Origin: an uncultured Candidatus Sumerlaeota bacterium
GTDB taxonomy: Bacteria > CAYMEV01
Direction of reading: 5' to 3'
NCBI GenBank assembly: GCA_964389675.1
Contig: CAYMEV010000023.1
Location: 1-53,832, forward strand
Length of the DNA stretch: 53,832 nt
In this document: one piece after another, positions 19,019-28,889 of the stretch
Layout of the letters: each line of letters begins with the position of its first letter
Position numbering within the stretch: the stretch's first letter is position 1
The notes under the pieces: model-generated
What the model was told of the DNA's origin: nothing
What the model saw: only the letters and a program-made list of their open reading frames with translations
Database searches by the model: none
Program-made: the position numbers and the translations under genes

Positions 19019-21040
19019 ATGAAAATTGAGGACAGGACAAAAAAGGCTGAAAGGCCGGTATTTCCCAAGAAGGCCCTGATCACCGCAGGTATGCCCTATG
19101 GAAACAAAGAGCTGCATTTTGGCCATATCGGCGGGGTCTTTGTGCATGCAGACGTTTTCACAAGGTTCTTAAAAGACCGCATTGGCAATGAAAATGTGAT
19201 CTTTGTCTCGGGAACGGACTGTTACGGATCACCCATAGTTGAACAATACAGGCAGATGGTCAGTGAAAACAGGTTTAACGGTACAATTGAAGATTTTGTC
19301 AGGATTAACCATGAGAAGCAAAAGGAAGTACTCCGGTCATATCATATTGATCTGAGCCTTTTTGCCGCTTCGGGCTTCGGTAAAGCCAAAGAAATACACA
19401 AAGAGGAATCGGATTTTTTTATAACTGAGCTTTACAGGAACGGACACCTGATTAAAGTTGAGACCCCGCAGTTTTATGACCACGAGCATGAAGTATTCTT
19501 AAACGGCAGGCAGGTAGTCGGAAAATGCCCTATAGAAGGCTGTTCGTCCGAAACAGCATATGCTGATGAGTGTTCTCTGGGGCACCAGTACATGCCAAAG
19601 GAACTGATAAACCCAAAGAGCACGCTTTCAGGCAAAAGGCCTGAAATGAAGAATGTTGTTAACTGGTATTTCAAGCTTGATAAATTCCATGATCTCCTTG
19701 GAGACTGGATAAAAACGCTGGAAGACAGCCCGACCGGCAGGGAATTTATGATAAAGAGCATAAAGGAATTCATGGAACCGCCTGTAATATTCGTCAAGAA
19801 CGATCAGGCTGGCCAGCTTGCCGGGATAAGGGGCAGACTGCCTGAGCATAAATATTCCCATGAGAGTGAAAAGAGACCCATAATCCTGATATTTGAAAAG
19901 CTGGAAGACAGGGAGCAGGCATGTATAGTTCTCACCGCAGAGAATATCAGGTACAGGACAGGCAAGACGCTGGTACCCTTCAGGCTTACAGGAAATATTG
20001 AATGGGGTATACCTGCTCCATCCCTGGAAGGCCTGGATGACCTTACAGTCTGGGTATGGCCTGAATCTCTCTGGGCCCCTGTCTCATTTACCAAGGCTTA
20101 TCTGAAAGAAAAGGGGATTGATACAGAAGCATGGAAAGAATGGTGGTGTTCAAAGGATGCAAAGGTTTACCAGTTTATTGGAGAGGATAATATCTACTTC
20201 TACGGTCCCGTTGAGATGGCTATTTTCATGGGGATGCAGGGGAAAGACCCGGTCTCCGGGCCCAAAGAGGGTATGCTTCAGCTCCCAGAGCTTATTGCAA
20301 ACAAGCATATACTCTTTCTGGACAAAAAAGCCAGCAGCAGCGGTAAGGTCAAGCCTCCAATGGCAGGCAGGCTTCTTGACTTCTATACTGCGGAACAGCT
20401 CCGTGCTCACTTTATGGGCCTTGGGCTTGCCTTCAAGAGTGTCGGGTTCAAGCCGAAGCCCTTAAACCCAAATGCTCAGGAAAAGGAAGGAGACCCGGTC
20501 CTTAAGGAGGGGAACCTGCTTTCAAACGTATTTAACAGGGCTGCAAGGTCATGTTTTTACTCAGCCCAGAATTACTATGATTCACAGATCCCGGTCGGAA
20601 GTATCAGCACAGATATACTGAAAGGGTCTGAAAGCCTGATACTGGACTATGAAAAGCTCATGTACAGGTATGAGTTCCATGCTGTCATAAACCTTATGGA
20701 CAGCTATATCAGGAATATGAACAAATACTGGGCAAAGAACATGAGGGAGGCAGATCTTGAAAACAATGAGGAACTCAGAAAAACTACGCTTATTGATACA
20801 TTTCACATGGTCCGGACAGCTGCTGTCCTTATGCACCCTGTAGCTCCGGCAGGGACTGAGCTGATACTGGACTATCTGAACCTCGGCAGGGAGTTCTGGA
20901 GCTGGGACAGGATATTTGACAGCCTTTACGACTTTATGGATGATCCTGCCGGGCATAAGCTTAAATTTCTGCCCCCGAGGTTTGATTTTTTTGAAAAACA
21001 TCCTTATCAGATCGCTCAGTTCAAAGATAAGGGGAAATAG
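19019..21040 (+). CDS. metG: Methionine--tRNA ligase (atypical; no C-terminal tRNA-binding domain)
   Basis: ITAGMPYGNKELHFGH (HIGH), SGTDCYGSPI, Zn knuckle CPIEGC..DECSLGH, WGIP, WVWPES, IGEDNIYFY, KASSS in place of KMSKS. Confidence 0.88.
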   Translation: MKIEDRTKKAERPVFPKKALITAGMPYGNKELHFGHIGGVFVHADVFTRFLKDRIGNENVIFVSGTDCYGSPIVEQYRQMVSENRFNGTIEDFVRINHEKQKEVLRSYHIDLSLFAASGFGKAKEIHKEESDFFITELYRNGHLIKVETPQFYDHEHEVFLNGRQVVGKCPIEGCSSETAYADECSLGHQYMPKELINPKSTLSGKRPEMKNVVNWYFKLDKFHDLLGDWIKTLEDSPTGREFMIKSIKEFMEPPVIFVKNDQAGQLAGIRGRLPEHKYSHESEKRPIILIFEKLEDREQACIVLTAENIRYRTGKTLVPFRLTGNIEWGIPAPSLEGLDDLTVWVWPESLWAPVSFTKAYLKEKGIDTEAWKEWWCSKDAKVYQFIGEDNIYFYGPVEMAIFMGMQGKDPVSGPKEGMLQLPELIANKHILFLDKKASSSGKVKPPMAGRLLDFYTAEQLRAHFMGLGLAFKSVGFKPKPLNPNAQEKEGDPVLKEGNLLSNVFNRAARSCFYSAQNYYDSQIPVGSISTDILKGSESLILDYEKLMYRYEFHAVINLMDSYIRNMNKYWAKNMREADLENNEELRKTTLIDTFHMVRTAAVLMHPVAPAGTELILDYLNLGREFWSWDRIFDSLYDFMDDPAGHKLKFLPPRFDFFEKHPYQIAQFKDKGK

Positions 21041-21079
21041 CCACAGGGTCTGCTTCTTGTTGAAGCAGGGAGGCATTTA

Positions 21080-22027
21080 TTGATTGATAATATAATCTTT
21101 ACGGCAAATACTGTAGCCCCTGTCTTTATAATCATTGCGCTGGGATATTTCTCAAAAAAGATTAATGTAATAAATGAGAATTTTGTGGATATTACCTCGA
21201 AATTCGTGTTCAATATCTCTCTTCCTGCCTTTATTTTCCTGAAGATATATGACATTGACCTGCATAAGGTCATTATACTTGACCTCTTAATATATATATA
21301 TTCAGCTACTGTCATAGTATTCATACTTCTGCTTATCTTTTCCGCTCCTTTCATAAAGAACGGCAGGGACAGGGGATCCTTCATACAGGGAGCTTTCAGG
21401 GGAAATTTCGCCATAATAGGCCTCGCCATAATATCAAACCTGTTCGGCAGGGAGGCCCTGGCTGAATCTACGGTAATACTTGCATTTGTAATACCTCTCT
21501 ATAATATCCTTTCGGTCATTGCCATAGTGGTCCCATTGCACAGCGAAAGGAAGATGAATATCAGGTCCACCATACTGGAGATATTCTTCAATCCTCTTGT
21601 GCTGGCTGTTATAGTGGGACTTCCATTTTCATATTTCAGGCTGAAGCTCCCTGACCTGGCCAAACTGACAGGAAGTTTTCTGTCCGACCTTGCATTGCCT
21701 ATGGCGCTTATCGGGATCGGGGGTTCCCTCAACTTTCATAATATCAGGAAGGCTTCCGGCCTTGCTTTCTCCTCATCATTCCTTAAGCTTGCAATCCTGC
21801 CTGCTTTGATGACTTTCGGCGCATATCTGTCAGGCTTCCGGCAGACAGACCTGGGCATCATGTTCATACTTTTTGCATGCCCCACTGCGATAGTAAGCTT
21901 TATAATGGCAGAGACAATGGGGGCTAATTCCAGGCTTGCCGGCAATATTGTCCTGGTATCGACCATAACATCCATCTTATCCATTTCTGCAGGGATCATC
22001 CTCCTGAAAAGCATATCCCTGATATAA
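21080..22027 (+). CDS. AEC (auxin efflux carrier/malate permease-like) family transporter
   Basis: TTG start after GGGAGG; PVFIIIALGY, FNISLPAFIF, RGNFAIIGL, NPLV, LPMALIGIG, CPTA motifs; about 10 TMs. Confidence 0.88.
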   Translation: MIDNIIFTANTVAPVFIIIALGYFSKKINVINENFVDITSKFVFNISLPAFIFLKIYDIDLHKVIILDLLIYIYSATVIVFILLLIFSAPFIKNGRDRGSFIQGAFRGNFAIIGLAIISNLFGREALAESTVILAFVIPLYNILSVIAIVVPLHSERKMNIRSTILEIFFNPLVLAVIVGLPFSYFRLKLPDLAKLTGSFLSDLALPMALIGIGGSLNFHNIRKASGLAFSSSFLKLAILPALMTFGAYLSGFRQTDLGIMFILFACPTAIVSFIMAETMGANSRLAGNIVLVSTITSILSISAGIILLKSISLI

Positions 22028-22134
22028 AAAAAAGGGGCTACCCCTGGTCTTACCGGGAATTTTATTTGATATGCATTTCCCTTCTGATGTTAAAACGAGT
22101 ATATGTATATATCTGCAGACTTTATATAGAGCTT

Positions 22135-22734
22135 TCAGGCCTGTTTTTTTGTCTTTTTGATGATCAGTTCTATGTTCTTGAATGCGATTGAGACTATTAT
22201 ATCATCAGCAAATCCCTCTATAAGGGTCTTTTCTATATCTGACAGCATGTTTTTCTCTTTTTTCTCTTTCTCTTCTGACTGCATCGACCAGCATGCGATG
22301 TCAGGAGGCACCATGCTGATATTATAGGTACCTACTTCAGGATACATGCTCATTATCATGAAAGGGTCCTCCCCTATTGCTGTATCTGAGGCCAGATAAT
22401 CTATAAGGCTTGCAAGCTTCCCTATAATACCCTTTTTGGGTGTATTCTTCTTTTCACTGGAAAGCTCTATCAGGTTTTCCCTTTCTTCCCTGGTCAGCTC
22501 TGCACTTGCTTTCAGGTGTATCTCAAAATCGTTTTCATTTGTCTCTACCCACAACTCACCGCAATTAACGCCTATTATCACTGAGAATGCGCTGATGGCC
22601 TCTTCGGCAAGAAGCCGGGCAGACGCAGAATCCTTCTTTTCAAACCCGAATGATTGCGCAAGCATTTCAACATGGTCGAGAGCCTGCTGTTCAGTGGAAA
22701 GGTCGCCATTCAGATGTATTGCATCTGCTTTCAT
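22135..22734 (-). CDS. Hypothetical protein (possible GHKL/anti-sigma-like fold)
   Basis: SD AAGGAGG; RLLAEEA...LWVE...FEIHL and IEK.LI..FADDI.V pattern; function uncertain. Confidence 0.6.
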   Translation of the reverse strand: MKADAIHLNGDLSTEQQALDHVEMLAQSFGFEKKDSASARLLAEEAISAFSVIIGVNCGELWVETNENDFEIHLKASAELTREERENLIELSSEKKNTPKKGIIGKLASLIDYLASDTAIGEDPFMIMSMYPEVGTYNISMVPPDIACWSMQSEEKEKKEKNMLSDIEKTLIEGFADDIIVSIAFKNIELIIKKTKKQA

Positions 22735-23019
22735 CTTAAGCCCTCCTTTGTAGGTCAGCCGCTATAATATATCAGCATAACTCATTTTAAGCCGGAAATC
22801 AAGAAAATATGCTGAGGGCTATTTTCAGACTGAAATGACATTTCCTGCTTTTTATTCTTTCAGCATATTTTAGGGATTGGCCTTCCCTTTATCAGGCCCT
22901 CCTGAAAATCCCCGGTATAAATCCGATCAGAGGTCAGATTTGATTTTTTGCAGAAAATGCTGTAGTTTATAAATATAGGCTAAAAAACAGTCCGAATAAA
23001 AAGAAGGCGGTAGGATACC

Positions 23020-25206
23020 ATGACTGAAAACGAAAGACTTGACCAGATAGCGATTACTGTAAAATCCCATAAACTGCTTAAAAAGCTTCTGAAAGAGAAC
23101 CCCATGCTCGAGGAGATAATGCGCAGTTCAAGGAATGAGACTGAAGCACTGATAGGCGTGCGCAACTGGGTGCTGGAATATATAAGGAAAAAACCGGTGG
23201 CATACGGTTTCTATAAAGGTTCAGAGGAGGGAAGGGATTCTTTTGAAGAACTGACATGGCAGGACTATGCAGCAATAAGGCTTCTTGACTATATTGACAA
23301 TGCCGGCAGGGAGTATGATGACCTGAACTTAAGGGGTGAAATAGCAGTAAGCAATCCGATAAAAGCTATATGGATGGCGGTAAATTACGGAACAGGCGGC
23401 GCAAAACCATATTTTTTCGAAGATATGCTTTATCTTTTCAGGCAGTTTGCTGGAACATACAGGAGGGTACTCCCTGAAAGGCAGAAGTTGAACAGCTGGA
23501 TGGACCGTTTTCCAAGCGGGCTTGACCCCCGCATCGTAAAACTGCGTGAAGAGAACAGGGAAAGAATAATAAATATCCTGATCAGTAAAATGGACTCAGG
23601 AGAGATAAAAAGCGGTCACTTCAGCTTTCCGCCAGGGCTCAGCCATGAACAGAAGTTTCTAAAGATGCTTGAATGGTGGGGGGATTATAAATTTCACCTG
23701 AGCTTTGCGGTCCGCTCTCCATCTCTTCTCAATGAACTGCTGGGAAATTCTCTTGACCCGGATACCATGAAGGTCCTTTATGAGGCAGAAAGGCAGGGGA
23801 TACCATTCTTTGTGAATCCCTATTTCCTCTCGCTTCTTCATGTAAGGGTCCCGTATTTTGCTATAGGCGCCGACCTTGCGATAAGGTATTATGTCGTTTA
23901 CAGCCAGCAGCTTGTAGATGAATTCGGCCATATTGTCGCATGGGAAAAGGAGGACAAGGTTGAGGCAGGCAAGCCCAATGCAGCCGGCTGGATACTGCCG
24001 ACTCACCACAGCGTGCACCGCAGGTATCCTGAGGTTGCAATCCTGATACCAGCTACTATGGGGCGCGCCTGCGGAGGATTATGCGCATCATGCCAGAGGA
24101 TGTATGATTTCCAGAGGGGCAACCTGAATTTTAACCTGGACAGGCTGAAACCAGATGAATCATGGGATACTCAGCTGAAAAAGATAATGGATTACTGGGA
24201 AAATGACTCACAGCTCAGGGACATACTCATAACAGGAGGAGATGCCCTTATGAGCTCGGACAGGTCACTCAAGAAGCTTCTTGATGCCATCCTTGAGATG
24301 TCTTTAAGAAAGAAGGAGAAGAATAAAAGGCTTCCTGACGGAGAGAAGCTTGCTGAAATGGTCAGGGTAAGGCTTGGGACCAGGATACCTGCCTACCTTC
24401 CCCAGAGAATAACAAACGAGCTTGCAGATGTGCTTGCAAATTTCAGAAAGAAGGCCTCAAGAACAGGGATCAGCCAGTTTATCATACAGACCCATTTTGA
24501 AGCCCCGATGGAGATCACGCCGGAGGTGAAAGAAGCCGTAAAAAAACTTACAGGAGCAGGCTGGGCCGTTACAAACCAGCATGTATTCACAACAGCATCC
24601 TCAAGAAGGGGTCATACTGCAAAACTCAGGCAGATAATGAATGAAACCGGGATCCTTCCTTACTATACATTTTCAGTAAAGGGTTATATGGAGAACTATT
24701 TTAACTTTGCAACAAATGCCCGGGCTGTACAGGAGCAGATAGAGGAAAAATCCTACGGCACAGTAAGCAGTGAGCAGATAGAAAAGATAAGGGAAATGAC
24801 AGCGGACCCGGGGGATATTGAACAAAGCCTGGCAGAAATAATGTACAAAAACGGCCTTCCCTTTCTTGCCACTGACAGGAATGTCCTGAACCTTCCTGGT
24901 GTCGGGAAAAGCCTCACATACAGGGTGATAGGGATAACACGATATGGAAGGAGGATCCTTGAGTTCGACTATGACAAGACCCGCAACCACAGCCCTATCA
25001 TACACAAGATGGGAAAGATAATCATTATCGAGAGCAAATCAATAAGCGAATACCTGCGCCAGCTTGAGGACATAGGCGAAGATGTATCCGAGTATGAGAG
25101 CATATGGGGCTATTCAATAGGCGAGACAGAACCGAGGCTTCCTGTATATGAGTATCCGGAATACAGCTATGAGGTGACAAAAGAGCTTACAAACCTTGAA
25201 ATATGA
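23020..25206 (+). CDS. Long KamA-family radical SAM protein (lysine 2,3-aminomutase-like)
   Basis: HRRYPEVAIL, CGGLCASC (CxxxCxxC), DILITGGDALM, RLGTR.P...PQRIT, THFE, NQHVF, PYY, PGVGK (PLP-Lys equivalent). Confidence 0.85.
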   Translation: MTENERLDQIAITVKSHKLLKKLLKENPMLEEIMRSSRNETEALIGVRNWVLEYIRKKPVAYGFYKGSEEGRDSFEELTWQDYAAIRLLDYIDNAGREYDDLNLRGEIAVSNPIKAIWMAVNYGTGGAKPYFFEDMLYLFRQFAGTYRRVLPERQKLNSWMDRFPSGLDPRIVKLREENRERIINILISKMDSGEIKSGHFSFPPGLSHEQKFLKMLEWWGDYKFHLSFAVRSPSLLNELLGNSLDPDTMKVLYEAERQGIPFFVNPYFLSLLHVRVPYFAIGADLAIRYYVVYSQQLVDEFGHIVAWEKEDKVEAGKPNAAGWILPTHHSVHRRYPEVAILIPATMGRACGGLCASCQRMYDFQRGNLNFNLDRLKPDESWDTQLKKIMDYWENDSQLRDILITGGDALMSSDRSLKKLLDAILEMSLRKKEKNKRLPDGEKLAEMVRVRLGTRIPAYLPQRITNELADVLANFRKKASRTGISQFIIQTHFEAPMEITPEVKEAVKKLTGAGWAVTNQHVFTTASSRRGHTAKLRQIMNETGILPYYTFSVKGYMENYFNFATNARAVQEQIEEKSYGTVSSEQIEKIREMTADPGDIEQSLAEIMYKNGLPFLATDRNVLNLPGVGKSLTYRVIGITRYGRRILEFDYDKTRNHSPIIHKMGKIIIIESKSISEYLRQLEDIGEDVSEYESIWGYSIGETEPRLPVYEYPEYSYEVTKELTNLEI

Positions 25207-25288
25207 TGGCACCGCACTGAAAAGCACCCTTTTTTTAAACAAATCAAAGCAGGTAAAGGTATTAGAATTAAAGGATAAGGAGATCTAT

Positions 25289-26419
25289 ATGTCCTTTTTC
25301 GGCATAGTTCTTACCAGTATTGTAACATTAATGCAGCTATATGTGTCTTTCAGGTTTTACCCGCTTCCCATAAGAAAGCGCTTTATTTCCGGAAAAGGCC
25401 TTATCATCGCGTCTGTTCTTTTATGGGTTTTATTCTATATTTCCAGGGTTTACGGCGGGCATGACAGCACTCTTGAAATAATCCTTGAATTTGCGGGTAT
25501 GCACTGGATGGGAAGCATCTTTCTTATCGCTGCCGGTTTTTTTATAGCTGATATTATCACCGCATTCGGGCTTTTATTCAAAAAGCACCTGCCTGCCATA
25601 CGCACAGCAGGACTTATTACAGGCCTGATCCTCGTTTTGACCGCCCATATACAGGGTATCAGGAACCCGGTCATAAATAGTGTTGATATTTCCATAAATG
25701 GCCTTAGCGATGAGCTTCATGGGCTAAAAATTGCAGTCATAGCAGACATACACGGCGGCGAGATGCTTATAGGGCCTGCCTGGATAGAGAATATCCGGGA
25801 AAGGCTCGATATACTTCAGCCTGACATGATAGTTTTTGCCGGTGATATTTTTGAGAGGGCAAGCAGGCCTGAGGAAATGATACCCGTAATGAAGAAGTTC
25901 AGTGCCCCTCTTGGTGTCTATGCCGTAAGGGGCAACCACGACTCAAGAAGGGCAGGCAGGAGGGATGTTTTTGCAGAGATCATGGAGGGTGCAGGCACAG
26001 ATATCCTTGAAAACAGGTGGGTCAGTGTATCAGATAAACTCGTCATAGCAGGCATAAACGACCTAACCACTGCCCGGAGGCACAACGTCAGCGGGGCTTA
26101 TATGGTGAAGAATGCCCTCGAGGGCATCCCTGACAGTACCGTCATACTTCTCTCGCACACACCATGGCTCACAGGCCTTATAGCAGAGCATGAAGTGGAC
26201 CTCATGATCTCAGGGCATACACACGGAGGCCAGATCTGGCCCTTTAATTACCTGGTTCAGACAATCTATCCATATGTTGAGGGCCTGTACACCATCGGCG
26301 ATATGAAACTGTATGTAAGCAGAGGGTCAGGGACATGGGGCCCGAGAATGAGGCTCTGGAAGCCCGGTGAAATTACAATATTAAACCTCACTGAAAACAT
26401 ACCCCTTCCCCGGCAATAG
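25289..26419 (+). CDS. Membrane-anchored calcineurin-like metallophosphoesterase (YkuE/YaeI-like)
   Basis: SD TAAGGAG before MSFFG; 4 N-terminal TMs; DIH, GD, GNHD, SH.P, SGHTHGGQ, SRG.GTWGP.MR motifs. Confidence 0.9.
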   Translation: MSFFGIVLTSIVTLMQLYVSFRFYPLPIRKRFISGKGLIIASVLLWVLFYISRVYGGHDSTLEIILEFAGMHWMGSIFLIAAGFFIADIITAFGLLFKKHLPAIRTAGLITGLILVLTAHIQGIRNPVINSVDISINGLSDELHGLKIAVIADIHGGEMLIGPAWIENIRERLDILQPDMIVFAGDIFERASRPEEMIPVMKKFSAPLGVYAVRGNHDSRRAGRRDVFAEIMEGAGTDILENRWVSVSDKLVIAGINDLTTARRHNVSGAYMVKNALEGIPDSTVILLSHTPWLTGLIAEHEVDLMISGHTHGGQIWPFNYLVQTIYPYVEGLYTIGDMKLYVSRGSGTWGPRMRLWKPGEITILNLTENIPLPRQ

Positions 26420-26454
26420 AATGACCTTAAAAAGGGACATACCATCTTAAATGC

Positions 26455-28620
26455 TCAGTTATCCGAAGGCTCTATGCATGCCATGGCTTCAGCATCCCCT
26501 GCAAAGACAAGAACCTCATATTCAGAAGATCCGGTCTTGTACAGTATGATATTATTAGTAAGGCTGTCGCAGACTATAAGGTCATCAAGGCTATGGCCGG
26601 TGAATTTTCCTGATAAGATGCTCTTCAGGGGGGCCATGACAAGCGATGACCATCCCTTTATATCATGGGAATAGTAGTATGTCCTTCCGGAAAATGCAAA
26701 TATGATCTCTGTCCCGCCTGCTTCCGATATATTCCCGCCTGAAACCTGATGCCCGGCATCGGGTGTCCCCCATGTGAGCCTGCTGTACTCCCATCCAAGC
26801 CCTTCCGGGTTCTGAAGCAGGTAGATCCCATAACCGTCAAACACGCATACAATGTTGTCTTCAGAATCTCCTGTTATATCGCCTGCAAGCAACTGTGAAG
26901 GGCTTACTGTCATAATGCGGTTAAAGGTCTCATCTGCAAAAGAGTAGGTATAAAGGCCCTCAATCCCCGTAAATGACAGTACAAGCTCATCCGCACCGCT
27001 TCCATCAAGGTTCCCTGAGGCTATTATATCAGCAGGGGCACTGATTATCTGTGTCCATGTCATTGTATTGTAATTCAGGATATAAAGCCCGTTACCTTCA
27101 AAGGAAGCTGTGACCTGCAGAGGCATCTTGAGGTTTGCCCTGGCAAGGGTAAAGCATGAGCTTGAACCGCCCAGATATACCCAGTTCTGGCCCTGGAACG
27201 AATACAGCCAGAGCCCGTAGCCTTCAATATCGACAACAAGGTCAGTATTTCCGTCATTTGTGATATCGCCTGCAGACATCCCACCTGAGCTGACACTGCT
27301 TAAAAGCCTGTTCCACTGTGACCCTTTTGCTTCAATGTTCTGGGGCTTCCCGGGGTCATAAGCCCAGTGCCATATGCCGGAAATCCCCGGGTAGTTAATG
27401 CTCAGAACGGCAGTAACAGCCTGCCCGAAGATATATTCATGAGCGCCGATATCATAAAAATCGCCCTCAGGCCTTAAAGTCATGTAGATATCATCTGTGA
27501 CATAAGCAGGGATATCAAGGCCTGAATCAACAACCGAAGGGACCGGCGAGGCAAGCGAAAGGTCCCCGGCAGTTACATCGGCAAACCAGGAGCCCTGTGC
27601 CCCTGTCTCATTGTACGAAACAGTGCCGGTGGCTCCATCACGTGCAGTAACAGGCCTGTTTGCAAGATTGTTCTTTATATCCACGTTTGTGGTCGATGAG
27701 AAACGGTACTCTATGCTGTTCATATAATCAATATATACAGTATTATTATATACCCTCGTATCAGGGGAGGTCTCCAGGCCAATCCCCACATCATCGAAGC
27801 TTCCGGAGCCGTCATTGTATATCATATTATTCCTTATTATCCCGCCTGTATTCGGCGATGTTCCGAGGCCGAAGCCTATTCCCCTGTCACAGTCTATTAT
27901 AAGGTTCCTTTCCACTGTATTATCGGCACAATTGTTCCAGAAATGCACGGCATGCTCCGCTGATGAACCTGACGGGCTCTTTATATGCCTGAAAACATTG
28001 TCCTTTACGATCCAGCCTTCCCCCATATGAACATCAATTCCGCCTATATAGTACTGGGGGCCGATACCAGCTGTATATTCAAAAAGACAGCACTGGACAG
28101 TGCAGTTGTCAGAACCGTCGCCCTCTGCCGTACCCTTTACCATCTGCTCATAGGTATCCTGTATCCTTACATTGTATATAAGATGCGAGTCACAGTGGGT
28201 TGCTATTGCATGATTCCCGCATTCCCTTATTGTCATATCCGCTATTACAATATCATCTCCGGCAAGGTAAAAGACATTCTCAGTCCCGGAACCGTAGTCC
28301 ATGCCGCTTCCGGTGAGTATCACAGCGTCCCTGCTGCCTGAAGCACTCCTGAATACTATATGGCTTCCGGTTATATACGGATACCAGGACTCTGTCGCAA
28401 TATGATAGTTTCCGTCAGCAATGAGCACTGTCATATTGCCTCCGCTCGAATTTGCAAGGTTAATTGCATCCTTAAGCTCCTGCACTGTTGATACATTGAC
28501 AATACTGCCGTATGTGACAGTGCATGGCTCCACAGTATTGTCAAGCACATCATTTATAGTGTTCTGGGCATAAAGGGCAGTACTGAAAATTACTGCCATG
28601 AAAAATAGTATTCTTTTCAT
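26455..28620 (-). CDS. Secreted right-handed beta-helix (pectin-lyase-like) protein with C-terminal FG-GAP-like propeller
   Basis: GGAG before MKRIL; signal peptide; Asn-ladder repeats (VKDNVF, VERNLI, IRNNMI, VYNNTV, IKNNLA), DIGAHEY; then 7 GD.TGD..D repeats. Confidence 0.75.
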   Translation of the reverse strand: MKRILFFMAVIFSTALYAQNTINDVLDNTVEPCTVTYGSIVNVSTVQELKDAINLANSSGGNMTVLIADGNYHIATESWYPYITGSHIVFRSASGSRDAVILTGSGMDYGSGTENVFYLAGDDIVIADMTIRECGNHAIATHCDSHLIYNVRIQDTYEQMVKGTAEGDGSDNCTVQCCLFEYTAGIGPQYYIGGIDVHMGEGWIVKDNVFRHIKSPSGSSAEHAVHFWNNCADNTVERNLIIDCDRGIGFGLGTSPNTGGIIRNNMIYNDGSGSFDDVGIGLETSPDTRVYNNTVYIDYMNSIEYRFSSTTNVDIKNNLANRPVTARDGATGTVSYNETGAQGSWFADVTAGDLSLASPVPSVVDSGLDIPAYVTDDIYMTLRPEGDFYDIGAHEYIFGQAVTAVLSINYPGISGIWHWAYDPGKPQNIEAKGSQWNRLLSSVSSGGMSAGDITNDGNTDLVVDIEGYGLWLYSFQGQNWVYLGGSSSCFTLARANLKMPLQVTASFEGNGLYILNYNTMTWTQIISAPADIIASGNLDGSGADELVLSFTGIEGLYTYSFADETFNRIMTVSPSQLLAGDITGDSEDNIVCVFDGYGIYLLQNPEGLGWEYSRLTWGTPDAGHQVSGGNISEAGGTEIIFAFSGRTYYYSHDIKGWSSLVMAPLKSILSGKFTGHSLDDLIVCDSLTNNIILYKTGSSEYEVLVFAGDAEAMACIEPSDN

Positions 28621-28889
28621 GATCTTCTCCATTTCTATATATCAAGTTTAATTATAAGAATAAATATATTCCAAAAATAGATTTTATGTATTTTTTATTT
28701 TTATAAAATTTCTGCACAAATATTGAAAGATTTGAATTGTATCAAAAATTCCATCAGCAAAATACTGCTGCAGTGCAATACTGATAAAATATTCCAGTTT
28801 TCGGGATATCCCGGGTTCAGCGCTTTTATACTAAAACAGAATCAAGATCCTTCATTACAGATATTTTTTTCAGACATCGCGTTTTTTCA

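Noticed and set aside
22880-23019. Lysine riboswitch before the KamA-like gene (AGAGGT seen)
   Set aside because: Too little sequence follows before the start codon, and no supporting helices or terminator were found
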